This document shows positions 50,898-63,699 of a DNA stretch of 64,000 nt, piece after piece. The stretch is taken from assembly GCA_010093605.1 (NCBI GenBank), contig MU004198.1, positions 1,304,726 through 1,368,725 on the forward strand. The letters are read 5' to 3'. Position numbers and translations under genes: made by a program. Under the pieces are notes generated by a model. It was not told the DNA's origin and made no database searches. It saw only the letters and a program-made list of their open reading frames with translations. Numbering within the stretch: the first letter of the stretch is position 1; each line of letters opens with the position of its first letter. The stretch is from Lophium mytilinum (lineage: Eukaryota).

Positions 50898-53630
50898 CTA
50901 CTTCCTCGCCGGCGGCAACATCCCAATCAACCTCTCAATCTCCGCAATGGCCGTCCCAGTCGCCTTCGCCTTCAGCTCCTCCAACGCCGGCCGATCTTTC
51001 GCCTTCAGCGCTTCCTCGCCCGCCTTTACCACCAACCCGCACTTGACCCACATCTCGATCCGCTCGGGCACGCTCAGCCCTGTACACTTCGGGATGAAGC
51101 CGCTCGCAACCCGCGTATTCCCCGCCCCCAGAATCTCGTTAAAGAAGGGTTCCCACCCAATCGGCGACTTGCGCTGCTGGCCTAAGCTCTCGAGCTCGTT
51201 CCAGTGGCGCGCGGCGACGAGAGCGCGTAGACGTACCCACCAGAAGGTGTGCTCGGGGACTTTGAACTCGGACTGGATCTTCGCGGCGCGTTTGGTGTGG
51301 CCGGCTTTGACGAGGGTGAAGATGGTTTCGTTGATGCTCAGGCCGACGAAGCCAGGGCCGAGGTCTTTCTCGAAGGTGTCCTGCATGCGGAGGAGCTTCG
51401 CTGTGTCGTCGATGGCTTTAGCGGCGAAGACGTTTTCGCGGGAGTCCTGGAGGAGCTTGGAGGCGAGCTTCAGCTTGTCGATGCGGGCGGGGGTGTTTGT
51501 TTGGTCGAGGGCTTCGGCGACGAGGAGGTTGGCGCCGTCGAGGCGGCGGTCGTCTTGGTAGTAGAGGTCTTTGAGGAGTTCGCGGTCTTGGTAGCGGGCG
51601 GAGGATTCGACGAGAGCGGTTGCGACAGGACGAGAGTTGATGGTGCGAAAAAATGAGGCGAGAGGTAGCTTTTTGCGGAGGTGCAGGAGGACATGGTAGA
51701 TGAGGTCCGTGTCACCGCTCTCGATGGCTTTGTCGAGGGCGATGGTATCTTCTTTCATACCCAGGAGTAGGGGGACTTGCTTGCCTGCTCGGGGCTCGTA
51801 GTTCAGCAATTCTGTGGCAAGACGTGCCCGACCTTCGTCGTAGGCTGCTCTTGCTATCTCCTCGAAGCTGACCCCAGCTTTGCCGTGCAATTTTTGCACT
51901 ATTAGGCGGCAGATACTCTCTTCATCTTCGATTGATACTCGGACTTTTTGGCTAGCCCAATGCACATAGATCTTGTCTGTTGGTAGATGTAGATAGTCTG
52001 ATATCCGGAGAGCTAGTAGGTATTCGTGGCGGTTGATTAGACGTTCGATGAGCTTCTCAGGGGTAAGCCGCTTGTACTGGTCGTAACTCAACGGTAGCCC
52101 AATCTCGTAGAATCTTGCAGCGTTGAGAACCCGTAGCGTTTCGCACATATCTACGAAGTCGTCGCTGCTGTACAGATCGAGGACCGATTTGCCAAACGAG
52201 GCGGCTTTTAGTAGTTGTTTCTGCCAATGTATATTGAACTCGTGTCCAGCAGCTTTAACGCAAGTATCGACGGCCTCTGCAAGGTTTGGGCGGATAAGCT
52301 GGATGAGATCATCAGCCTTTGGTGACTTCTTTTCTAGTTGTTCTGCGGCTTCCAGGAGGTATGCAGCAGGTGACTCGGAGCCCAGTCGAAACACTTCTTC
52401 CGTTACGTCTACCCAAAGTCAGTCAAATGTATTACGTTCTGAACTTGTATACTGACCAGGGACTTTTTGAAGGTATTCACAGACATCGTTGGTAAGCAGT
52501 CGTATGCCGTCCATGTCAGGGAGAAGATGTATCCATGCGTCATAGTAAAACCTGGAGCTTTTAGTAGAGTCGCCAAGGAAGATGTTTGCTACAACTTACT
52601 TGGTCGCCACACTCCTCGGCCCTATCAGATGCACCTCATCTTCCCAAGCCAAGGCTACAGCATTACTTCCGCACCACTGCATATCCTTGGGGACCGTCTT
52701 GGCCTTGGAATTGTATTCGGATAGCTTCTCCGTCCAGTCACCGCTCACAACCCACACCTTCCCGTCTTCTGTATAAAAGGCCAGAAATTCTCCCCTTGGA
52801 GAGACACTAATGTGCTGGAACGGCCCAGCCGTAAAATCGCGGTCCTCCGCATCCGTAGCATCAACCACGTACAACGTCTTCCCAATCGCGAGTATGACTT
52901 CCACGGAACGTGACAAGGAGTAGGCAGGAGGTATTATGGACCAGGAAACGACCGGTTCTGTGGGGGGTATGGCGAGGAGCTTCGGACGCGGTTCGTCATA
53001 GCGGTTTACGGCGATGAGGTGGTTATTTCCTAGCAGAGCAACGAAGCCGGAGGACCAAAAGCGGCATTCAAGGACACCGTGTTCTTCTGCGCCCTAGTTG
53101 TCTGTCAGTCTTGTAGGTATTATGGCGAGGGAAAACTGACATGGCCTAACGTGAATGGCGTGAAGTCGCCCTGGAGGTCGTAATAGCACCGCACTGTGCC
53201 ATCTTCAGTCACAATGAGCAGTTTCTCGTCCTCAGACCATCCCAGTCCTTTGATCGATCCTTTGTCCCACTACAACCGTCAGTCTCTAGCCTCTGATATC
53301 GCTGTTTGCTTTGGCGGAAGCCTACGTTTATGCGCCTGATCAAGTTCCCTGCGCAGCTGTAGATGTCGATACTCGATTTTGCGCCCTGGGTACCTCTGTA
53401 TGAATGGATCTTGTCTTCATCGCGGTATATTGCTGGAATATTGCGTTAGAACTGGGGTATTCGGGATTGTCCAGCGGGAAAGGAAGCCTACCCACAGCAC
53501 CGCTATACGGAGCGCCCACAACCTTATAGTTCTCAAGCTCGAGATCCAGATCAAAGACTTCCTTGTAGAGACGGACCTTGCGGTAGAACTTGTCGCCGAC
53601 TTTCTCCCAGTTGGCGGTCGCTTTAGACAT
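50898..53630 (-). CDS. VPS16: HOPS/CORVET subunit Vps16
   Basis: ANWEKVGDKFYRK, GAPYSGAV, GLGWSEDE, WCGSNAV, QKQLLKAASFGK, AIESGDTDL and KSPIGWEPF motifs; several introns. Confidence 0.95.
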
Positions 53631-53959
53631 GGTTACCGGCGCCGTTGCATTGTCGCGATGCGGAGGTGACGCGGAGGTGGGAAGCTTGGTGGTTGGGGTC
53701 GAACTGGCCCAAGCTCCTATAGGCACCGAGTATGTCCCAATGACATATGCAGAGCATACGCTGTGAATTAGAAGGGAACTGAAAGGACCTTAATCCCAGT
53801 CATTGTCCTTAAGAGAGCATTTGACACGAAGCATGTCACTCACGAGCAGTAGTAGATTGCAGACTTTATATTCAATATTTTACAATTGCTTGCATTAAGG
53901 TCATCTATATGCAGTTCTACGACTCGGACATTGATTTATGATCACCGCACGATTCCCTC

Positions 53960-55591
53960 TCATGCCATGACTCTTTCTAGTATCTCCGTGACCTTCTCTC
54001 TTACTCCCTGCTTTCCGTTTCGCCGCTCTACGAAGTGGTTGACAATCTCGTTCGCGGTCTTTAGCTCGCCCTTTGTGACGACCTTCCTCACGTCCCGCTC
54101 TCTTGGTAGGCTCAGCCACTCATGAGGGTACTCCTTGTAGAAGGACCCATCACCGTGGTTTATGAGGGGAAGGCTTGCTGGTCGGCGGAAAAAGTCAGCC
54201 ACTTGATCCGCGCTGACTTGGTCGAAAGTATTCGGTTTCCATTGCGGGCGCTCCTTGATTCGGCGTATCAGTCGTGCAGTCACGCCTTCGACAAAGTCGT
54301 CGTGGGCCATGAATTTTGCGGCGATGTTGTACTCGTTCTGGAATGCTTCGGCGATGTTCCATGACCGGCCTACACGCATCTGTTGAAGGGTGACGAGAAC
54401 TGAAGTTGGAGAGCGCGTATGCATCGTCTCGGACGTCTTCTTTGCCCAATTGGCCAGAACTGGATCGCTTGCTTTCTCGACGGCTGCGAGGGCTGCGAAG
54501 ACCTCCTTGATGTTCAGGTGGTCGTCCGAGAAGCACAGATCCACGGCTTCGCGGAGTTTGCCAGATATGGCTGCTCGGTCGGTAGGCAGACCGGTGCAAT
54601 ATTCCTCGATAGTCGCGTCTACGATACGGTAGCGTTCCTGAAGACTGAGATGATCTGCGAAAACGAGCTCGGCGAGACGGGCTTCTAGATCAGGCAAAGA
54701 GGCTGAGTCGATGTAGTGGGTGGCGACTCCGTGGTAGCTGCTTGGTATCAGTATCAAGCCTTGGGGTGTGAAAGCAATGCACTTACAAAACGTCGACTCC
54801 CTTGAGCTGCTCGCTCGTCAGGGCTAGATACGTTCCCATTTCTCCGTCCATCCGCGGGAGAAAGAAGCTGGCTCCGACATCTGGGAAGAATCCAATCGTT
54901 GTCTCCGGCATGGCGAACAGCGTGTTCTCAGTTGCTATCCGGAACGGCGCATGCACGCTCAAGCCCACACCCCCACCCATTGTGATTCCATCCATGAACG
55001 CCACATACGGTTTCGAGTAGGTCGCGATCAGATGGTCGAGCTTGTATTCGAGGCCGAAGTAGTCTGTCGACTTCTGTTGCCCATCTTTCCCCTGTGTGTT
55101 CCACTCGGCGAGGGCTGCGACGTCTCCACCGGCGCAGAAGGCTCGTCCACTTCCTTTAATCACAACGACGTTGGCCAGCTGCGAATTTTGCCATTCCTGC
55201 AGCTGTGTTAGAAGTAGTTTGGTCTTTTCAAAGGCGAATTCGTACTTGTAGTCGAGGTATTATCTTCCGCGCCATGGATCCATTGAGCGAGTTGAGCTTC
55301 TTAGGCCGGTTCAACTCAATGGTCCGCACGCCGTAGGTGTTGGTGAAGATAACATCGTCGGCCTCGTCTCCGGGCTGTTCCTTCAGAAGGTCTTCCGTTG
55401 GTGTTGAGTACTGCAAAGACAGGTCAGCTAGACCCCCGGACAACCGCAAGGCGAGCTCCGCATACATATCGGGTGCCCTTGACCCAGGCAGGCTGTGCGA
55501 TTTTGGCTTTAAGCGGCATTGTGCTGGCTGTCATCCGCGAATGCCAGCTCAGCGGTGTTGTGGCGCGTCTTAAGGAAGTGCGGAGAGACAT
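53960..55591 (-). CDS. EHD3: Mitochondrial 3-hydroxyisobutyryl-CoA hydrolase (crotonase family)
   Basis: Presequence, LNRPKKLNSLNGSM, RAFCAGGDV, MDGITMGGGVGLSVHAPFRIATE, FAMPETTIGFFPDVG, SPTS and DFVEGVTA motifs. Confidence 0.93.
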
Positions 55592-55988
55592 GAATGGCGG
55601 CGGCGTCGTATGCGCGTGAAAGACTCGATGTGTGAGCAAGCCTTTTAGACGGCTCCGAACCTCGGGTATCCGCTGTAGTAGAGGGCAAGCCCTTGGTTAT
55701 TTGGGGGGTAGCTGTGGTGTTGATACTGGCAGAGGTAGGGACAGAATGCAAGCAGACGAGGAATTGATATTATATCGAACAGCCGGGAGACGTTTCCCGC
55801 CAATATAGCAAAGGTTGGTCGACGATGCAGCTCTGGCAGAGCTCTAAGCTCTGAGCACGTGACTCTTTATTTTGTCGATTTCGCGCTAACAAAATAATCG
55901 CGTTGCTCGCCTCACCCCATTGTCCATCCATCCCTCTCATCTCAATTCGTCCCGGTTTCTTTGGTAATTGTTTCCGGTTGCTCCCAAT
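55592..55988. promoter_or_regulatory. Divergent (probably bidirectional) promoter between EHD3 and TUF1
   Basis: Head-to-head ATGs 397 bp apart; GCACGTGAC E-box at about 55856-55864. Confidence 0.55.
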
Positions 55989-57539
55989 ATGTCTGCCATC
56001 ACTCGTGTTTTCTGGCGGACCAGCCGTACCGCCTTGCGCTTCCAGCCCTCGACGAACCCCGTCCAACAAGCTCTCGGTGCTCAGGGTGGAAGTCGATATG
56101 TCGGAGCCGTGAGGAACTACGCCGCCATGTTCGAGCGCACCAAGCCGCATTGCAACATTGGTAAGACCCAATGACAAATTTCTGGGAGAAAGTAAATACT
56201 AATTAGGTGCTTCTTAGGTACGATTGGACATGTTGATCACGGAAAGGTCTTGCTCCTCTCGAATTATCCCCAATCCGTCATTGACATTGATAGACCACCC
56301 TCACCGCTGCCATCACCAAGCGCCAGGCCGAGAAGGGCATGGCAAACTTCCTTGCATACGGTGCCATTGACAAGGCTCCCGAAGAGCGGAAGCGTGGTAT
56401 CACTATCGCCACCGCTCACATCGAGTACGAGACCGAAGCTCGCCATTACTCCCACGTCGACTGCCCTGGTCACGCCGATTACATCAAGAACATGATCACG
56501 GGTGCGGCGAACATGGACGGCAGTATCATCGTGGTGGCGGCTTCGGATGGTCAGATGTAGGGAGACACACACTGCGCCTACCGTGTCCATGCTGATCTGG
56601 TACAGGCCTCAAACCCGGGAACATCTGCTCCTTGCGCGGCAGGTCGGTGTCCAGAAACTGGTCGTATTCGTCAACAAGGTCGATGTCATTGAAGACAAGG
56701 AGATGTTGGAGCTTGTCGAGATGGAGATGAGGGAGCTCCTGACCTCCTACGGATTCGAGGGCGACGAGACTCCCATTATCATGGGCTCTGCTCTCTGCGC
56801 GCTGGAGGGCCGATCGCCAGAAATAGGCGAGCAGAAGATTGACGAGCTCCTCAAGGCCGTCGACGAGTGGATCCCACAGCCCGTGCGTGTGACGGACAAG
56901 CCTTTCCTCATGTCCGTCGAGGACGTTTTCTCCATCGCTGGACGTGGTACCGTCGTGTCTGGCCGTGTCGAGCGTGGTGTCCTGAAGCGAGATTCAGATA
57001 TCGAATTGGTTGGAAAGGGCATTGCTCCCATAAAGACCAAGGTCACCGACATCGAGACGTTTAAGAAGTCTGTGGCAGAGGCAATCGCTGGCGACAACGT
57101 TGGTATCCTAGTCCGAGGTATCAAGCGTGAGGACGTCAAGCGTGGTATGGTTCTGGCCATGCCAGGCACAACTAAGGCCGCCTCCAAGTTCTTGGTGTCC
57201 ATGTACGTCCTCACCAAGGACGAGGGTGGGCGTCACACCGGTTTCCACGAGAACTACGGACCTCAACTATACGTGCGGACTGCCGATGAAGCTGCAAAGC
57301 TGTTCTGGCCTGAGGGCACTGAGAATGCCGCGGACAAGATGGCCATGCCCGGCGACAACGTCGAAATGGTAGCCCACCTCCACGCTCCACTTGTAGTCGA
57401 GCCCGGCCAGCGATTTAACATCCGTGAGGGTGGCCGGTAAGTCTAAACCAAAACCCCTCATATCACCTCAGCATAACACATACTGACAACTCCCTTCAGA
57501 ACTGTCGCCACCGGCCTAGTCACGCGTGTGCTCGAGTAA
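55989..57539 (+). CDS. TUF1: Mitochondrial translation elongation factor Tu
   Basis: [61 protein letters not shown] and IREGGRTVATG motifs; four introns; TAA 57537-57539. Confidence 0.97.
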
Positions 57540-57909
57540 ACATACCCCCTCTTCGTTGTCCACCTCACGTGTATGATGTTGAATGAACGGCTTTCCCGGC
57601 GTCACCCTCCTCCGACTCTATTGTCAACTGTACATTAAACTACCTTGGCCCGGATCTGTACAAAATGTTCATCGTCCTCAGCTCCACTCCTCTTCACCTC
57701 CTGCTGTTCAATGCTGTATTTTACTAGGGGGCGTAGATCTGAGGTAGATTTGGGGAAAGCCAAACGGCTGCAGGGTTGGCGTCTACGAACTGTGTCTCAC
57801 GAAAAGATAGAAAAAAATCATAATGAATATCTTAACTTGGGTGGTTCGGGTTGAATGAAATGACTACGCGGCAGCGACGTGATGGGGGTCCTCCATATCT
57901 CGCAAAACT

Positions 57910-58530
57910 CCATCTCTGCAGTTGGATCGGAGAGTATTTGCAATAAATGCAACTACATGTCGTGCACGCCGCGCTATACATCAAGTCTTGAAAACACGAT
58001 TAAATCTGAGTGTGTTCGCAACAATTACAACTAGACGACGCGAACACTGCGCTACGCGTTAAGTGTAAATTCTTCTCTTCGCTGCAGTTCGATTGGGGAG
58101 TATTTGCAATAAATGCAACTACACGTTGTGCATATCGCGTTATACGCCGAGTCTACAAATCACAATCCATTACAGTTCAATCGGGAAGTATTGGTAACAA
58201 TTGTAACTACACGCCATGCACGCTAGAGCATCAATCGCCTCTAGACTCCATGATCCAGTACATTTGAATCAAGAAGTCCTTCCAATAAATAAGACTATAA
58301 GTCGTGCACGCCACGTTATACCACGAGTCTACAAACCACCATTCATCACGGTTCGATCCCGAAGCATTGGTCACAAATCCAACTACGTTCCGTCCATGCC
58401 GCTTTTCCAGGTCTCGTCCAACAAACATGATCCACTACAGCTCGGTCAGGAAGTTCTTCCAACGGATATAACCACCCATTGTGCACGCCGCGTTATACGT
58501 GAAGGCATAAAAGCACAGTTCGATCGTAGC
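57910..58530. repeat. Degenerate tandem array, about seven units of ~88 bp
   Basis: The AACTA-like anchor recurs at 57951, 58029, 58117, 58205, 58293, 58381 and 58470, with shared CAGTTCGATC..GAAGTATT..CAA..AACTAC..GTGCACGCCGCGTTATAC. Confidence 0.85.
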
Positions 58531-59177
58531 AAACGCTGTATTATACGTCGAGCCTGCAATCCACATCCCTTCCTCCACTTTAAGCAGTAACACCTCTTCA
58601 AGTAGCACCCTCAGCGTGGCGACATTCCGAAAGCAAAGGCTCTTCGCCATTGGCACTCAGCAGCTTACTAAATCTAGTTTCCACGGTTCGATCTGTAACA
58701 ACTTGTAACGAAGCAGCGACGAAGAGCCGCCAACCCCGTGCAATTCACCGCTTGCACGCCCTGAGCTGCTTTGCGTCTTGGGTTTATTACCTACGTTGTT
58801 TATGGTTTAATGAGTGGGACGTTGCAAGTGCTGCACGAAGCGGTGGGGAGTATACCCAGCGTGTTACGGCCTAGAGCTCAGATCTACTTCCATCACGAGC
58901 CCATTATACTTGTCTTCGTTCGTGGATGGGTATGTGCACATCGTGGGGTACGCAGCGGCTAGTAGAAGTTGAGTTGTGCGGTTCGATTAGGGACCTTTTC
59001 GCATAGAAGGGCATGGGGTGTGGGATAGATGTGTGAGAAGTTGTATTATGCGCGGGGGTTGGAGGGCCTAGTTCGTTGAAGAGGAATGGTTTTTGTTAGG
59101 TCGTAGTACTAATACATTTTACTTGATATATATATCCTATATCGGCGTCTGGCCCTCCCTCCCCACAAAAGGACGCT

Positions 59178-60422
59178 CTACGACATCAACGTCTTAACCT
59201 GCTCCGCGCTCATCCTCGCATTCGAATTCGACGCTCTAGGCTTCAGCGGCGGCCTGCCACCCGCCGCTCCTTTTACAGCACTCCCTCCTGTTGCTTTCGC
59301 ACCAGACCCAGCCACCCCTCCCGCCCCCTTCCTCGCAACCCCCTTCCCCGGCGCACTCGCCCTCCTCGCCCCCGCTATCCTCCCCTGCGCAGCCTCCACC
59401 TCCACCCCGGCCTCCGCCTCAATCTTCTTCACCGCGCGCGAGATCGACATGCTATACGCGCCGAACCACTCGCCCCAGCTCTGGCCCTCCCCCTCGCCCC
59501 CACCAGCAGCCGCCGCTTCCCCCTTCCGCGCCGGTGTCGCCGACCTCGCGGCAGACTGCGCAGGGCCCGTCTTCGCCGCGTTTTCCCTTCTCGAGTCGAG
59601 GAACGAGCGCGCGACGTTCTGCGCCGCGCCTATTCCGCTCTGGATGGTGCGCACGTCGTCGATGTTGACGGAGGGTGGCAGGGGGATGCGGTACGAGCCC
59701 GTCAGCGTGACGCTCCGGTCGTTTGCGGACGAGGTGCTGCGGGCGGGCTGGGGGCGGGGGTCGGAGGCACTAGGGATGTTCCCACGAGGAATGTCTTCGA
59801 TATCCTCCTCCTGGCTCTGCACCCGCGACGCGGTCGGACGGGGGCGTGGTGCCCGAGTGGAGGTAGAGAGGGTGGCGAGGTCGAGGCGGGCGAGGGCGAG
59901 TTCGGATTCGAGGCGCTCGAGCTCTGCGGTTTCGGGCTCGTTGGTGTCAGGCTCGTTGGTGTCGGGCTCTGGTTCTGCTGCTTTGTCGATGCCCGTGGAG
60001 GCTTTTCGGCCTTTGCCCCGCCGCCGTGGGCTTTTTCCGTTGCCTGCTTTGCCGGTGGTGTAGAGTTCTTCGACCTTCGCTTCTAGTCCCCTCACGCGGG
60101 ATTTGAGGGCTTCGAGCTCAGTGCCGACAGCGGCTTCTTCTGGTTTTGGGGAGGCGGTGCTGGGATCGGTGGGGAGGGGGTCTTTGTTGAGTTTGCGGGG
60201 TTTGCGGCGGCGAGTTGGAGCTGTGGCGTCGGTTGATTTGGGGTCTGTTGGTTTGGTGGCTGGAAGTTTGGATGCAGAGGAAGCAGAGGTGGGGGGAAGC
60301 ATGACGCCGCCTCCGGTCTCGTGGTCTGGGTTTTGGAGTTTTTTGGGACGGGTTCTTTGCGTCTGGGGTTGTGCGGGAGAGGAGGTAGAGGGGATGCGTG
60401 TGGTGGAGGGTTTCGAGGCCAT
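59178..60422 (-). CDS. Hypothetical low-complexity protein with short coiled coils (414 aa)
   Basis: Intronless GC-rich ORF; ELEALKSRVRGLEAKVEEL coil; ordered-looking motifs VTLTGSYRIPLP and SWGEWFGAYSMSISRAV. Confidence 0.75.
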   Translation of the reverse strand: MASKPSTTRIPSTSSPAQPQTQRTRPKKLQNPDHETGGGVMLPPTSASSASKLPATKPTDPKSTDATAPTRRRKPRKLNKDPLPTDPSTASPKPEEAAVGTELEALKSRVRGLEAKVEELYTTGKAGNGKSPRRRGKGRKASTGIDKAAEPEPDTNEPDTNEPETAELERLESELALARLDLATLSTSTRAPRPRPTASRVQSQEEDIEDIPRGNIPSASDPRPQPARSTSSANDRSVTLTGSYRIPLPPSVNIDDVRTIQSGIGAAQNVARSFLDSRRENAAKTGPAQSAARSATPARKGEAAAAGGGEGEGQSWGEWFGAYSMSISRAVKKIEAEAGVEVEAAQGRIAGARRASAPGKGVARKGAGGVAGSGAKATGGSAVKGAAGGRPPLKPRASNSNARMSAEQVKTLMS

Positions 60423-61103
60423 TGGGCAGATTTACTATTTACGGACGAGAATAGTACAACCCATTGAAGGCAAAAACAATTGAGTAGGAGTAGAAAGTAT
60501 CAAGAAAGGTGGAGAGATAGAGAAGGGGTGAACAGAAAGCATTACACGGTGTTTCGTAACGTTCGCAGGAAGTTGGTCGGAGCTGGGATGTGCACTGGAA
60601 CAAGCTGCAGCTTGACGTGACGTTGGGGTACAGGGACCGGGATGTGGCGCTAAACTGCATCGGGGAGCTTGAAAATGGATGTATTTGAGAATGCATTGAA
60701 GCACTCTGGGCAACGGTGAAAAGTGTGTGAAGGCGAAATCCTAAACGCTGGGCTTTGGTTAAATGCAACCCCAATCCCTATGCCTGCCAATCTATGCGCT
60801 TACCAAAGATATACCGCGGCCACACCCCATGCAGATCAACCCATTTCAATCCAAAATTCATCACCTGCTTATGCGTTTGGACTCTCGTAGTGCCCTGTCA
60901 AAAGATGGGAACGAACCATCACCCCAGCAACTCTCCTGCCCGATCTCCTCCTGGCTAATGAAGGTATCCTCGGTGCTTGATAAAATCCTAAAGAAACGAC
61001 TTTGCGATTTCCACCCTGAGACCTGAACCCCGATTCATTAGCCAGGAGCTAAAATCCAAAATGCGCCCCTCGCTGTGCCAAGGTCTTCATGCTCTTCAAA
61101 ATC

Positions 61104-62677
61104 TTACGTCTCCTCCACTTTCAAATGATCCGAGTGTTTCGTGGCGATGAAGTAGTCCACGCTCTGGCCATCCCAAGAGACCGCGTCCGTTCCGCTTTCG
61201 TAACGCTCAACCCGGAGAAACTTGGTCGGGTTCTGCTCGGCGTTCCGGCCTTGTCGGCTTGCACCGAAAGATTCCAGGCTGATCACCTGCGCGCCGTCTT
61301 TCAGGTCGAGGAATTTGTAGACGAGCTCCTCATTGAGTCTCTCTCCGAAGACTTTGTTGTTCACTAGCACCACATCTGCGACCTTGAGCACTTCATTGAT
61401 GTCCGGGGATTCGAGAAAGCTGCCATGGAGTAAATTAATATCGCCGAGTGAGAGGCCCCATAGCCTTGCGCGTGCTTGAAGCTCTTTCGCCTGCTCCGAG
61501 GCGAATTTGGCTGGCGTGTCTAGAATCTCGATGCCCCAGCTTTTGGCGCCGGTTTGGAGCGCGGCCTGGATTACTACGTTCCCCACGCCAGAGCCGAGGT
61601 CGACGAAGATGGAGGATGAATTTAGCTTGGTTAGTCTGAAGATGGTGTTGACGAATGAGGGCATGAGTTCGCCGTAGGTTGTCGCCTTGTCTTTTACTTT
61701 CTTAAGGCGGTGAGCGTGAGGGGAGACGATGCGCTGGTAAACTTGACTGAGAATATGGTTGACTAGGGACGGCGGCAGTGCATGCTTGCTGTCGAGGGTT
61801 TTAGATATGGTGGAGTCGGCGAGGGAAGCGCGGATTTGCGCGTTGAAACTGTCGAGAGCCTTGCGGTAATCTGAAGGCGACTTCTTGGACACAGCACGCT
61901 TCAGGAGGCGGACGATTCCCGAGTCATCGTCTCGAAGTTCGAGAGACTGCGCTTCGGGCAGGTAGGTGAGGCAGATTTCGTCGATAGTGTACTCAATGTC
62001 CTTGATTGGATCATATCCCGCTACGTCGCGGGGCGTCACAGTTTGGAAGCTGGGACAAGATCAGTCTTTGCAAAGGATAGGCATAGTAGAGAATAGTCAA
62101 CGCACCGCTCGGGTGGAGACGCGCTTGGATACTGCAGCTCCACGACAAACCTGTCTTCTTCCCCTGCCTCGGTCTTGAATGCCGCGTTGTACTCCTTCCC
62201 ATGCTCACCGGCAGTCATATCCAACCCGTGCATCATATCCAACTTTTCCCCCTTATTCCCTTCATCCCGTATCCTTCTCTTCATATCCGGTTCTAGCATG
62301 CGCCTTGAGTCCGGCTCAATCGAGCTGCTCGTCTTGTGTCTCTTCCTCGATCCGTTTGCACTGTCCTCTTCAGATTCGTCGCTGGACGCAAACTGCGGTA
62401 GGGGCGTCGAAGACTTGCGCTTATGACTCGGATGTCGTACGGCGAGGAAGTCCGACTTCTGAGAAGTTTTCGTGGGTGGCGCATGGCCATTTGAATAGCC
62501 ATTATGCGCCTTTTGGTGCGCCTTCTCCGCCTTCCTGTGAGCCTGGGTAAAAGAGGCAGGGGATTTGGAGGTAGGTTTCGGGTTATGCGCTGGTTGAGGG
62601 GGTTTTGGTAGGTCCTTCTGCTCCTTAACCCTCGTGATGGTGCGGATTCGGGGTTCTTTTTTCTTGTTGCTGAACAT
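61104..62677 (-). CDS. DOT1: Histone H3 K79 methyltransferase
   Basis: ELQYPS..ER|F, VYQRIVSP, TYGEL, FVDLGSGVGNVVIQAAL, SWGIE, ADVVLVNN and FLDLKDG motifs; intron at about 62050-62105. Confidence 0.93.
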
Positions 62678-63125
62678 GCTGACTGAGGGTGTGGCGCTGG
62701 GCCGTAGTATGTATGTCGTATTGTAAAGCATATAGTGTAGCGGTCTAAGTAAGTGCGTAGAGAGTCCTGTAGTGTTAAGGATAGAAAGGTGGAGAGACGG
62801 CAGAGAGAGGTGCGAGACTCGAGGCCAGAAAGAGGCTCCACATTAAAACCGCGTGCTGGCGTAAGGCACATTCGCGCAGGCACCAGCCCGCCACCCTGGA
62901 AGCCGCGATCGCTGCGGGCGGGATCCTAAGGTTGCAGCAGCGCGCCTTGGCACTAGCATAAACCCATCGCATCACAACATCACTTTATTATAGAAATGCA
63001 GGCAACACATGTACCCGTTGCCTCCTACAGAGCAACTTAGTCTACATTAATGAATCCTCTAGGATATCTGTCAAGAATCCTAATAGGTGGTAGAAGCCCC
63101 AGGTTAATATTAGACAGTACAGAAA

Positions 63126-63160
63126 TATATATATATAGAATATATATATATATATATATA
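63126..63160. repeat. (TA)n microsatellite
   Basis: Two adjacent AT dinucleotide runs. Confidence 0.85.
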
Positions 63161-63699
63161 GGCGCAAAGCAAAGGAGAAATGCACAAATAACCCAAGTCT
63201 AGCTTAAAGTGGTAGGCTTCAACCACAGATACCTAGAATCGAGAGTTGTACGCAAGTGCCTGTCATCACCAAGCGGGAGCTGTGCACAGCTTAGTATTAT
63301 CTAGGCAAATCCTGCTTGCTGCGAAAGAGACTACTTACACCTTTGCGTAATAAGTACATCTGCCTGGAGATGATTCGACAGATCACGTTGGTTACACGGA
63401 ACATCACAAGACATGAAAATCTGTAAGCAAAAGGTTTAGAACTACAACGATCGAATCTATCGTACAACCAGCTTCAATCTCCACTCAGTCAACCTCCTCC
63501 CATTACTTTTCATCGTCCAAGACGTGTACTGCGCAAGCTCGAAAAGTGGTATCATGACAAAAGAAAATCTCCTCTACTAAGGAGATGTAGCCGACGCTAG
63601 CAGATACTGTTTCCGTCATGACGAAGAAAAGAAACCGTAACGTCCATCACGATCAATGCGGATTTGGCAAAATCGTGGTAGCTCTGGGGTATCAATGAT

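Noticed and set aside
57910..58590. CRISPR array, or repeat-protein gene from ORFs 58010-58267 and 58216-58590
   Set aside because: Eukaryotic context with no cas genes and highly degenerate units; the 88-bp period shifts frame in each unit and no frame stays open.
4075..60483. Long antisense ORFs opposite real genes (e.g. 4075-4704, 10114-10797, 50947-51561, 59449-60063)
   Set aside because: Expected shadows of GC-rich codon usage on the opposite strand.
35926..62677. Functional gene cluster of DPH7, PRP19, Slx5-like, PHS1, VPS16 and DOT1
   Set aside because: Unrelated housekeeping functions; no shared pathway and no secondary-metabolite backbone gene in the window.
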